Origin: Eutreptiella sp. 'Long Island Sound 2002'
Lineage: Eukaryota > Protista > Euglenida
Assembly (NCBI GenBank): GCA_964036045.1
Contig: OZ038378.1
Span: 77,810,001-77,874,000, forward strand
DNA: 64,000 nucleotides
Direction: 5' to 3'
Part shown: positions 52,300 to 63,889 of the stretch, in pieces
Numbering within the stretch: position 1 is the stretch's first letter
How the letters are laid out: each line of letters opens with the position of its first letter
Notes under the pieces: generated by a model
What the model saw: the letters and a program-made list of their open reading frames with translations, nothing else
What the model was told of the DNA's origin: nothing
Database searches by the model: none
Position numbers and translations under genes: made by a program

Positions 52300-53470
52300 C
52301 TTCGGGCTAGGGGTTGCCTTGATGGCGTGGTGGGCCCCGGAGGCGAGGGGCGCTAGGAGGAGTTATCGTTTTCTTCGGGCGGGGGATGGCCCCGTCCGAA
52401 GAACACGAGGATGCGCTGCTAGAGTCCGACTCATCAGAGTCGGACTCAAACCTCTTCCTCTTGGGGTTCTTCCTGCCCTTCGTGGGCGCGGGAGTTTTTC
52501 TGTGTTGGGGGGTTTGATTTGGTCGAGGCACCCGTGGGGGCGGGGGCGGGGGATTTCGTGGTGCTGCACCTCCCTCCCCTCCCCCTTTGCTTCCATCCCC
52601 CTCCCTACCATCGCCCCCTACACCTCCTCGTCGTCTGCCCCCAGGTATCCCACCTCCTTCATCCTAGCCCACTCCGTGGGCTTGTAGCTCCGCGTCCGGC
52701 CCCACGCTTTGGAGCACACCCGCCCGTGCTCCCACTTGCAGAGCCCGCACAGCACTGCGAGCCCAAGGGCTTGGTCCTCCGCCAACAACTTGTTGTGGTT
52801 GCCCGGGCCAATAACTTGCTCGGTGTCACGGTTAGTCCACATCACACGGACTGGGCGAGCATGTCGACATTAAACTACAAGGTCCCGCAATTGAAGGTGG
52901 GGAACAAGCACTTTTTTTTGCGAAAAAAATTGGAATTTTTTTGTTACTTTTTCGGTTAATTTTTTGTGTTTAATATTCACTATTAAAATTTAATATTTGC
53001 CAGGTTTGGGGTTGTTTTCAATATTAAACGAAAAAATATTAAGCGGAACGTCCTAAATGTTAAACCAAAAACCAGGCACCAAAAAAACAAACGCACCTCT
53101 ACAAAGGTGGGACAGCCCTGCGCCTGCATGGCTCCCAAGCTTGTTGTGAAATTTCTGGCCTCACTAGGGGCCGCCACGGTCTCCTTTTTGCCATTTGCGG
53201 CCTTTTTTCCTTCGATCTTCGCGATGGCAGGGTTGGCACCGCTGGCATGCACCTTGGTGCCCCGTGCATGTGGCAGCGGACCTTCATAGGTTTGTTCCAC
53301 CGCCGGATCGCACACCATTGCTGGCCCGTGGGCCAACACAATGGTATAGTTGACAGACCACCAAGTGGCCTTCTTTACCCTCCACTGCTTCACCCACCCT
53401 ACTCCGACGCACTGGGCAAGGCACACCGACAACTGTGCGGAACCAAAATTTACTCCTCGTGGGCCAAACA
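52300..53470 (-). pseudogene. Decayed spliced ORF downstream of transposase copy A (unknown function)
   Basis: GC-rich coding-like blocks separated by an AT-rich segment at about 52880-53095 with GAG|gtgcgt and ttgtag| boundaries; Ser/Asp-rich and KRKR segments. Confidence 0.3.
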
Positions 53471-54544
53471 AGATATTGAGTTAGGTTAGGGACCCCATCG
53501 CAACTTTTTCCCCAATGGGGCACATGCAAGACTCTTCAAGGGGCACCCGGACCGAGCTCCCACCCTTTTTGGTATCCTTCCTCCATTCTCCCTTCCCATA
53601 GCGGCGGACCAGACATTTAAGTAAACGCCTAAAAACCACTGCACGTTTACATAGGCTTTGGCGGGCTCATCTTGCCCGTAGAGTTGACAGAGGGCCTATG
53701 CAGACCAGGGCACTGCGCCTGATTTCCAGGAGGTGGCAAACGCCGTGCCAAGGGCACTTTTGAGCCGCTAGGGTACCGGCTCAGAGGGGGGGGGGGGTCC
53801 AGCACCACATCACCATCCCCCCTCCTCCCCCTCCCCCGAGTCCTTCCCATCCGCCATCTCCTCCACCTCCTTCTTCTTAGGAACCTAGTGTTCTTGTCTA
53901 ACCCCGCATGTGATTGTGATTGTGACTGTGACAGACTCCTAGCTGCCCTCCGGTCGTCCCTCTTTTGACGACGGGGCTCCTCCTCGACCGGTCGGACATC
54001 CTTGGCCTTGCGGCGTTCCTCTTTGGCTGACATGGGCTGAGCCAAGGCGCCCCCCCACCCCCCCCGTGTTACTGTAGCTGGTTGAGCAGCCGGAGGATGA
54101 GCTGCTGCTGCTGGAGCTGCAGCCTGCAGCCTCACGTCCACTCTTTGCATCTGTGGCACAACGAGACAACAAATTAATATTTGACAATTCTTTTTAAGTT
54201 TTGTTCGTTTAATGTTACACGGCCGCTAATTCATTAACATATAGAATATTAACGGGCGCAGTGTGAATATTAGACGTAAAATGTTCAATGAGACACCCCA
54301 AATATTAAACAAGCACACAAACAAAGCAAACAAGCAGAGCTAGCATACCAAGCGTGCGTTGGACTCCTCCATCATGCCGGCGAGGACGTTGCGCACAAGG
54401 GCCTCCATGTTGTTGGGCCGCATGGCTGGATGAAACAAGAGCTGGGGGTGAATGGGGCAATGCAAGGGGGTGGGGGGCTGCGGCTAGCCGTCAAGGTGGC
54501 CATTGTGCAGAGTTGCTGTTTCGGTTCCCTTGGGTCCTAAGGGG

Positions 54545-56332
54545 GAGATCAAATTTAAAAAAAAACCCACTCCCATGCCTGCAGCACTACCGCCCCCTCC
54601 CTTTCCGGATCACTTGCCCCCCGGCATCCCCCCGTGCTGTGTGCTCATTGTACGCTTTTTTCAGGATGGCGTTGAGGCTCTCAACGACATTGTCCGACAT
54701 TGCCCCCAGCTCCACCCCTAGTCCAGCCGAATCAGCTAGCGCCTCGGTGACATCCTCCTCCACGTAGAGGTGGTAGTTGGACCGGCAAGTGGCCTTGCAA
54801 CAATGCTCGCAGTATTTCCGCCGCGGCCTCCAGGTCCGTGGTGGTTGGGGCATCCCTGTACAAGGCATAGAGGCGCTCCCGCATGGCCACCATTGCCTTG
54901 CATTCTAGGTCCTGCGGCGGGTAGGCCAACATTGGACCGCATTCCTCACAGGCCCAGAAGAGGGTCCGGAATTCCTCACCGCCGGGTGACGCAGTAGCAC
55001 CCAACTTCACGACGATGCGCCTGGTACAATTGCCGTTGCACGGCATTGGCATGGTCCTTGGGCAGCTCCTGCACGCGGACCTCAATGAGGGCCACTTTGA
55101 GGCGGCCAATGGCCATGCAACAATGGAGGCTGCACATGAATACGAAGCATCGCTCAACAACGATGTGCGGCTCACCCACGCACTTCGCATTTACGAGGCT
55201 CCAGCCAGTCTCCTGGCAGTGCTACCGGGCTGCCACCTCCAACGCCAAGGTACGCCGCTTGTGGACCCGCACCCATGCGCCCAAGGTGTTGTCCCACACC
55301 GCCATATTGTAACTCGACCCCACATTGGGCCACATGGAGATCCCAATGAGGCGGCAGATGAACGGATGGTCGCCCCCGATAACGAGCCGGCTCGGTACCT
55401 GTGAGGATATCCAATAGAATTGCTTGCAAACATGAATTGATTGCAATGCCTAAAATAAAAAAGGTGCATTAGTTTCTTCGTTCACATTTTTCATTTAATG
55501 TTAAGTTCATATTTCGTTCAAGTCTTAATATTAACGGAAAACGAGATGTGAAACGGGAAACATAAAGACGAAATGTGAAGATATAATGCACCACAAAACG
55601 GCCGAAAATCTAAAGATTGTTTGCCCATATAGTGGACAAAGCGGCCATGTCTTTGTCCCGACACACAACCATCCAGATCAACCACAACTAAGTGGGTGTG
55701 CGGGCTCATTTCCCATGTTTGAGGAGCCCAATAGATAGTTGCGTCCCTCCCCACCACCGCACGGGTATGCCTCCCCACTTAGAATAAACGCGAGGGGCTG
55801 CGACCAAGCGATGGTGTCCACTAGTGGTGGACGGGACTCGAGGTATTGCACCCATGACCATAACGGCCAACTGCGGCCGCTGCCAAGCGGCTGAGCAAAA
55901 GACTTGGGTGGGCCCAACCAGAGGGACTTGGCCAATTACATTCACGTGTGCAAGTACTCACCACGCGAAGGTATGGGACGCGCGATCTTGACGCCGGTAG
56001 TGGCCGTGTACGCCCCCCCCTCTCCGTATCATAATCTCGGAGATGTGGCGGAATCCCGTCTTCGGAATGTTGAGCTCCATGAGAAGCCCGATGAAATACC
56101 ACGCGGGCAACAAGAGGGAGGCATATTGCTTAACCGCCACTATTTGCTTGTCGCGATGTAGCAGGGGTAACCACCCTCCGTGGCCTCCGCCCAACGGGCC
56201 TTTGGCCAAGGGATAGTGGGCCACCCACTCACTGAGGAATTGACAGACCGAAGGGTCCGGCAACCTCTTGGCACCACTCAAACACACAAGCGTGATACTA
56301 AGCTCTTGAAGACTATCCCGAGAGAAAGACAT
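54545..56332 (-). mobile_element. Transib/RAG1-like DDE transposase, decayed copy A
   Basis: MSFSRDSL (ATG at 56332)...FILSGEAYP...[intron 55609-55450]...VIGGDHPFICRLIGI (D at 55369-55371)...CSLHCCMAIG...SNYHLYVEEDVTEAL...ELGAMSDNVVESLNAILKKAYNEHTARG (E at 54680-54682)...VLQAWEWVF. The end parallels my recollection of RAG1 [43 protein letters not shown]. Confidence 0.75.
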
Positions 56333-57049
56333 AACAAGAGCTGCACAGGAGAATATAGGGTGGGGAGTGGGGTGGAAGGTGCACCCGGGGTAAGGGGGTG
56401 GGGGGTGAAGACTCAACCCAAAAGCCAGGCAACCCCTCTACAACCCCATTGAGCAACATTGTATCACATAAGACCCCACTAAAGCCCTAGTATGCAGGTG
56501 CAACAAACCGCCCAAACATGCAAAATTCCTGCAAATCTCGTTCAACACATTCATATTTGTTCGTGTAACATTTAAGCCCGTCTCATTAAATTTCAAGTAT
56601 AAAACCATATTGACTTTAACGTGGTTTCCTAGGGTATAAATACCCTTCAAATCCGGAACATTAGTCAACAACGCTCTGCGGCACGCTCCTGAGCGGAATC
56701 TCCTCAATAATGGTCGCATTTTACTGGCGTACTTCCAATCTCTTTTGTTGTTCCCATTGTGGCCCACTGGATATCATTAACGCGTTCTTGTCCCAAAACT
56801 CTTCTTGGTATGGGAGTCAATGGATTCTCGGGTTGTAGGGCAACACCTACCCAAGTACTTTTGCTCCTCATGCGTCCCCTTTGCTGCTGCACAATGCATC
56901 ACGAGCCATTCCGCAAGTTCTTGTCAACTCTGCCGGACTACTCTGGTGTGTAGGAGTTCATTGGACATGCTATGCAGGACGACTGAACAAGTGGGGGACC
57001 CGGAGCTTTCGTACAGTGGGTATCAAGGCTTTGCGGTGATGCAAGGACT

Positions 57050-58600
57050 GGGTGCTCGCTTGGCGATGTTCGACAAGCATGGTTGGCACAAAAGAGTGGT
57101 GCATCACCCTCCCACTGGTACTCCCCCCCTTGCATAGAGGCATTCAACCTGTGGCATTTTATGCACAAATGTTACAAGGCCACGGCTTGCCGTCTAGTAG
57201 ATGATGTTCATATGTCTAGAGCAGTAAGGAGGAAACTCTCATACTTGGGAGGTTGCACGTACAATGTTGGTGGCACACATCAACATGCTTGCCAGTTCGC
57301 TCGGGATATCTAGGACCGGATTGAACTATTCTAACACATTGTTTGGTTTGACAATTTCTATCGTCGGCTTGTTGCTCCTTCGCCCCAATCCCCAAATCGG
57401 ACTCTCAACTTTGCTGCGCAGTGACTTGGACATTTTCTTTGGGTATCCCAGGTTGGATCTGTTGAAGCAACGTCTCCGTGTGGTTGCACGGAGGTTACCT
57501 GACCCTTTCCTAGGGTTGTGTGACGCTACAAACACTTTGCTAGATGGGACCATTGACGTAAAAGATTTTAATGCCCCCCTGCGATTGTAGACAAACAAGT
57601 GTTCGCAGTTTGCAGTGGAAACCTTTTTTCCTAACGGACCTCACCACAGGATCCCAACCAGATTTGGTACCTTTCGTCCACCTGTTGGTGGAGGTGTAGC
57701 AGCAGAGTAACAAAGTCCTACCAATCCTGGTGGATGCAAACATTCACTATTGCCTCTGTAACATGATGTATAGCAAGTTGTATGCCCACTACAATCCTGC
57801 TTTTTTTTTTGAAACCGATGTCGGGTGTTGTACGGGGTGTGGCACCCTTATAAGTATGTGGTGAACGTTTGCTAAAGGCGCGTTTTCCGTTGCTTTGTAT
57901 TCTTGACACAAGGTAGACTACCCTTAGGTACAGCATTTTACCCACACCCCAACCTTATTTATATGGAGAGCGTGATGGCTGCTCTCCTGGTTCTGGTTAG
58001 TTCACCTAAGCTAGCCTTTGCAGCGCCTTAAGGCGTCCACCGGTGATGCACGTGATACGTCTAAAAGACAACGGACCACCGTTGCCTCACTCAAAGGCAT
58101 GGTTGGATTAATGATGCAGTACATCCATGCCCCATTCTTGTGTGGTTTTCTGGTTCGGAACTGTAGCTGGGCAAACCAATAGAACTGTGTGATGCACTGC
58201 AAGTTGCTCATTATGCGTTCCACATTCTTGTTCACCCGTGTTCGGGGGCTGAGCACACCACGGGGTATGTTCGCACCCTGGGGGTGTTTTTCTTGTTTTG
58301 GGGTAGGTGGGAACAAACAATGCCAGGGAAATGCTAGTCCAAGGACATGGTTGAGGCTTTGTTAGCCCGTGTGGTTGAGAAGCTCGGGTTGAACCCCAAC
58401 AGTAGTTTCCGGCATGACTGTTTTGATCTTTCTTTACTCACACCGGCAGCACGCACCGACTTTAAGGACCTTCATGGCCCCCGCTTGCAAAATGACACAA
58501 TCCGGTTGGTACGGCGCAACTTCAATACCTTTGTACGCCAATCTAATGATGGCAAGTTGGTATCTCCAGTGTTGCGCAAGTGAAAGATGAAGACTATTAA
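57050..58600 (+). mobile_element. Decayed unclassified DDE-like transposase, copy 3
   Basis: IVWFDNFY (D at 57350), SLQWKPF, LPILVDANIHY (D at 57733), LYGVWHPYKY (from 57831), YMESVMAALL, GFLVRNCSW, GYVRTLG and KDMVEALLARV (E at 58353) are colinear with copies 1 and 2; many stops and frameshifts. Confidence 0.6.
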
Positions 58601-61600
58601 GGTTATGGATGAATGGCCTGAAGTCCCCCAATTTCCCATTACTTTGTACCATGACATGTCAGTTGATCGTTTGCAAGACCTCGTTGCAACGGACAGTGCA
58701 AACCCTTGCAAAACCTGTTAGTATATCACAAGGTTGCATGGATGCACTGCCACATCACATCCTGCATAGGTTGTTGGCACAGCAAGCTGACCATATCGCC
58801 GCATGTGACACCATCCTCAATCATCGCCAACCCCAGCGCTATGTTGGTGGGAATTTAGCCATGCCAGAGGCTGTGCGTTTTGAGGGTGTGCGTCTGGATG
58901 CACCCGCACGCGACCCTGCCCCCCCTTGCACTTCTGCACAAAACTTCGATAACCCTCCAGATGAGCTAGTAGGAATTCCTCAGGTGTATGAGGGAGATGA
59001 TGCAACGTCCGCTGTTGAGGCCCCCCATGTTGCACTTAGGGTGTGCAGTCATCGATCCGTTCGTGCGTGTTTGTTTTGGGAGGTGGCCAAAGGGACGGGG
59101 CAGATATCAATTGTGTACATGATGAATAGACGGGCTTGCACGAGCCCGCCCCCCTTTTTGGGGAGGGGGAAAAATATGAGCACCATGCCTGTTGAACCAC
59201 TGCCTTGTTGGGTTTTGCTGTTTACGTGCTCTCTTGGTTCTCTTGTTTCAATTGTCTAAATCGTTCCTTTTGCCATTGCAAGCCAGACAGCCACTGCAAT
59301 GCTCACACCGGATGACGCATTGCAACCAGATACTTGTGAGATGTGATTTAGCCAAGCAGTAGCCAGACCGAAGCACGCAGCAGTGCCTGCAGGCAAGCCG
59401 TTGAAGCAGCGGGTTGAGCAGGATCTCTTAGAGTAAATTGAGCACGGGTCAGTCAAAGTGCAGATCACACAACTACGATTTGATGTGCACCTTCAACATG
59501 GGCATACAAGGAAGCGTGACGACAAGGAGGTGGCGCAACGGTTGGCGTCTTTGAAGCAAAATCCACCCCGGAAGTTGATTACCATTCTGGCTTGGCAGGT
59601 GGCTTGGCATGATGAAGGTACATGAACCACTTCCCCACCAAAAACTCTCCGCAGAGCGTTCCGGATTCTTTTTGTGCTCAACAGAGGTAGTTTGATCACC
59701 AAAAGGCTTTGCAGAGCGTTCCGGAGGAATTTCTCCGTGTGGGCATGTCTAATACGTTTGTAATGCACTCCAAACGGTGCAACACTGTTGAATCATAACT
59801 GGCGTTACTTCTATCGCTGTTCCCATGTAGGTGGTGCGGTCTTGGTCCTTGGTGGGCAGCTCTTCAAAAATTGCAAGCACATTACCTGCAGGCTGGCAGG
59901 GCATCACCGGCATGGCTATCCCATGTGCAATGCGACATGATCAAAGAGGACAGGAAGTTTTCCATGAGGGAACAGATCACAGGGGACCACAATGCAGTGC
60001 AACAGAGCTGTTCTTGTTTAAGATTGTCAGAGATTGGATACCGCATACGCGATGAGCTCAATGTGTCTGGCACCGTAGAGGAGAAAGAAGCCCTCCTTCT
60101 GGGTTTCCGAAAAGCTAGAAAAATGGATAAGTCGGCATGTCTAGTATGCAGCGATGTAATTGTGATCGACTCCATGCTGCTTGCTTGCCCAATGTACCGT
60201 TATTACCTGTTGCTTCGCAGAATGCATTTATCAAGGGCTGGAAACCTGTGGTGGAAGGCATGGTGGCTATGCAGAACGAGATCAATGGGGCACTCGCGGA
60301 TCTTGAGAGACAGGCGGGGACTGAAGGTATGCAGCAATGCTTCTGAACCACATTGGACAAGAAACTCTCTCCGGAGCGTTCTTGGCGTGATCTGATTTTG
60401 AATGACATGCATGATGGTGATCACGGGCACTACTCTGAGACCATGCCTTGGGCTGCAGCCAGACTAATATTTACAGGTCATGTCATTTCTGAGGTCGGAC
60501 AAAGTAAAAATGAGTGAACTGGCAAGATTTTGCCGTGGATTGAACAAGGACAGAGCCTGGGAGATTATGTAGATGCATCCGCAGAACACTGTCGTACATG
60601 AGACTGGAAGTATGCATGTCTTAAGATTCATTCGCTCTCGTGGTGTTGTAGTAATAGCCTTGATTTTCTGTGACATTTTGCATGCAGAGAATGAATCCAG
60701 GGTGCTGTGTATCTTAAAAATATTGAGGACTGCTACTGTGATGAAGATAAACAGAGGCCGTTATCGCTGCTCAAAGTCCACCACATACGCTCCGTGGGAT
60801 GCAGTGCAGAAATGCCCCTTGTGGAGTGCAGAGGAGTGGAACGCTTTGAGGACCGCATTGTTCGAAGCTTGTGCCAACAGTGGACGTGAAATTCACTACC
60901 GAAAAGGTCGTTGTCCTTCGCAACACAGGAAGCCTAGAGCGAGGAGGAGGATGATATGGGGACTAAAATCCTCATTGCAACAATCGTCCAGGGCCGTGGT
61001 GTGCCAGCTACCTTCGCAACACGACCTTAGGCAGCGGTGTGTTTTATTCCTTGTCGGTGGTGTAGTCAATAGTTGATTTGCTCATTGAAACGCTCTGCAA
61101 AGCGTTCTTTTTCCGGTATTCCATTGAATTTGGTATGTTCAGGTGTGTTTTGATTGTATCTTCTTTGGGAACTGGGACGACATGGTACAGAGCACAATCA
61201 TCGTTTGATTGGCAACTTGGTCATGAAGCACGCATCTATTTGCCTTGCTAGCAAGTCCGGGGATGTGACACACATTGGTCACTCGTTGAAGGACCTAGAC
61301 GCAACACAGGGACGATAGTGGACGCAGGTTTGGATATACGATCGATCAACGAGCCACAGTGTGTATCGATACTCCGAACGAATAGCACTCATAGGCACAC
61401 CGAAGAAGTTGACCATGAAGGTCCCAAGCTACATCAATATTGATCTGAGGTCCTATGCATCGCAAATCACTATTGGAATTGCCTGTTGGTTGTCGCAAGT
61501 GCTTGGTATCGTGCCACGCCGTAGTCGGCCCTTGGTGAAGAGCCGTGGATTCTCAACTTCACCCCTTACCATCAGTTGCGTGCCTAGGTGTGTAATGGAC

Positions 61601-61901
61601 TTGTCATGCCCTAGAGACCTACAATAGAATCAATATGGTTAATTTTAATTTGTAGTATATGAAAGGGGTTAAAAGTTAACCTGTCAAATCTGGATGGGTT
61701 AACCCAATGTTGCACATTTGCCCCGCTTTGCTCGTGCGCGTACCATGCCCACTTGAAGTGTTTGGGTGGTCAAAGGGTGCCCAATGGATTGCTATAGGGG
61801 TTGCATTGTCCTATAGGTGGTTATGTAGCCCCGCACATCCCTCTATGGTCCCCCCACTCACCCTACTGCCAACCTCCTTTTTCACTTGTGTAGCTCTTGT
61901 T

Positions 61902-63425
61902 ATGCCTTTCTCTCGGGACACCCTTCTCGATCTTAGTATGGCGCTCACCTGTTTGAGTGGGACCAACAATTTGCGGGACTCTTTGGTCTCCCAACTTCTT
62001 GGTGAGTGGGCGGCCTCATCTCCTTTCGCCAAGGCCCGGTGGTACGAGGCCACGGAGGTTGCACAACTCCCCGTCATCTGCAACAAGGAAATAGAGCCCG
62101 TGAAGCAATATGCGTCCGTCCTCCTTCCCGTACCTGAATTGATCTGGTTATTTATGGAGTTGAATGTCCCCAAGGGCGGCTTTTGGCATGTGTCGGAGTT
62201 CACGACCCGCCGGGGGGCCGCGTACACCGCTGCAACGGGCCTCCCATTCCCCCGCCCCATCCCTTCACATGAGCTCTTCATGGACACATGGAAGAAGTTG
62301 GTCAAGCCGCTTGCGCTAGATTGACCTGTGTCCGTGGCAGATCCCCCCAAAAGCGGCCGCTCTTGGCCGTTGCATTTGTGGGCCCCCTACATCCAATGGT
62401 GTCCACCCGTTGTGGACACAATGGATTGGAAGCCGTCGCTCACTTTCCTCCTCCGTGGGGATGCCTACCCGTGCGCCGGCGGAAGTTGGACCCAACTTTC
62501 CGTTGGGCTCCTCAACCACGGTGCACGGGGCCGAGCACCCGCCTATGTACGGGTGATTGGTATGGCCGTATGCTGGGATAAGGACATGGCCGCGCTAACG
62601 ACAATATGGTCCAAGAACCTACAGGTTTACGGTCGTCTTGTTCCCTTTTCGTTTTTGCGGTAATTTCTCAAGGTTAATACGTAATATTTCGCAAGTCGTA
62701 ACGCCTACTGAAAACTCAATGTAATATTAACCTCGAAAAATTCATTCAAAATTAATTCCCGTTTCTTTGTAGACGTTGCAGTTGATCCACGGCTGCAACA
62801 AGTTCTACTGGGGCACCAAGTGGGTGCCCGCTGAGTTGGTCATCGGGGGTCACCAACCCTTCATGACACGCCTCATTGGTGTCTCCACATCGCCCATGTT
62901 GGGCTCAACTTACAGTATGGTTGTGTGGGGCAAGGTTTCGGCGGTGTGGGTGAAGGCGGGGATCCGCCGCACATTGGAGGGGGAGGCGGTGGCCCGTCGT
63001 CGCTATCGGGAGACGGGCCTCAGCTTGGAGAATGGGGGGTTCGTAGGAGACCTGCATATTGTGGTGGAGCGGTGCTTGGTCTTCGTATGCATCGTCCATT
63101 GTTGCATTGTCATGGGCCACCTCCAAGTGGCCTTCATTCAGGCCCGCCTAGGGTACCTTCCAAAGGACAACACCGTCACCGTGCAACATGTGCTCTACCG
63201 GGCTCGCACGGGGTTGGGAGCCTCGGCTCTGCCTGATTGAGAGGAGGCACGGGTGTTGTTCCTCACATCGGAGGAACTCGGGCCACTTTTGGCCTACGCC
63301 CCGGAGGACGATGAGTGGCAGGCGGTGGTTGCCATGCGGGACCTCCTCCGAGAATTGTACCGGGATACCCCACCGTGTGCTGACCTACGGGCCGCGGAGG
63401 TTGCGCGGGCGTAGCGCTTGCACCG
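61902..63425 (+). mobile_element. Transib/RAG1-like DDE transposase, decayed copy B (C-terminus deleted)
   Basis: MPFSRDTL (ATG at 61902)...LTFLLRGDAYP (D at 62460)...DKDMAALTTIW...[GT-AG intron 62625-62772]...VIGGHQPFMTRLIGV...CIVHCCIVMG...EELGPLLAY..AVVAMRDLLRELYRD; colinear with copy A until about 63425. Confidence 0.75.
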
Positions 63426-63889
63426 CCTCCTCGTGGCCGACCCGCCCTTGGGGTTGGCCATCTTGAGGGGGTTGAGGGATTGGGAGCACGGAAGGGTCTG
63501 CTCGGAGGTGTAGGTGGGTGCAGGGAGGTTCAAGGCTGGCGAGCGGGCCAGGTTAGGCCATATGGGATACACGGGTGCAAAGGATGAGGGGATATGGGCA
63601 GGGATGGTGGGGGGTGATTGGGAGGGTGAGGAAGCGGTGAAAGAGAAATCCCCCCCCCCCCCCCCAATGCCAACCCCCCACCTCAAAACCCACAGTCATG
63701 AAAACTGGTGACAAGAAAAGCTCCAGAGGGCATTTGGAGTCCGATGACTCATCCCAAGGGCCCATCCACCCCCCACCCACAAGAAATGCCGCCCCCACCC
63801 CAAGCCCCCCACCCGACCACAAAGGCCACCCCTGCCCCCAAGACAACCCCCGCCTCTCAAAGGGGGGGGAATGGTGCCGACGACCCACC

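Noticed and set aside
58380-58660. Reverse-transcriptase-like GKLGDFRPF on the - strand
   Set aside because: No YADD or QG motifs follow, and the + strand here encodes the tail of transposase copy 3.
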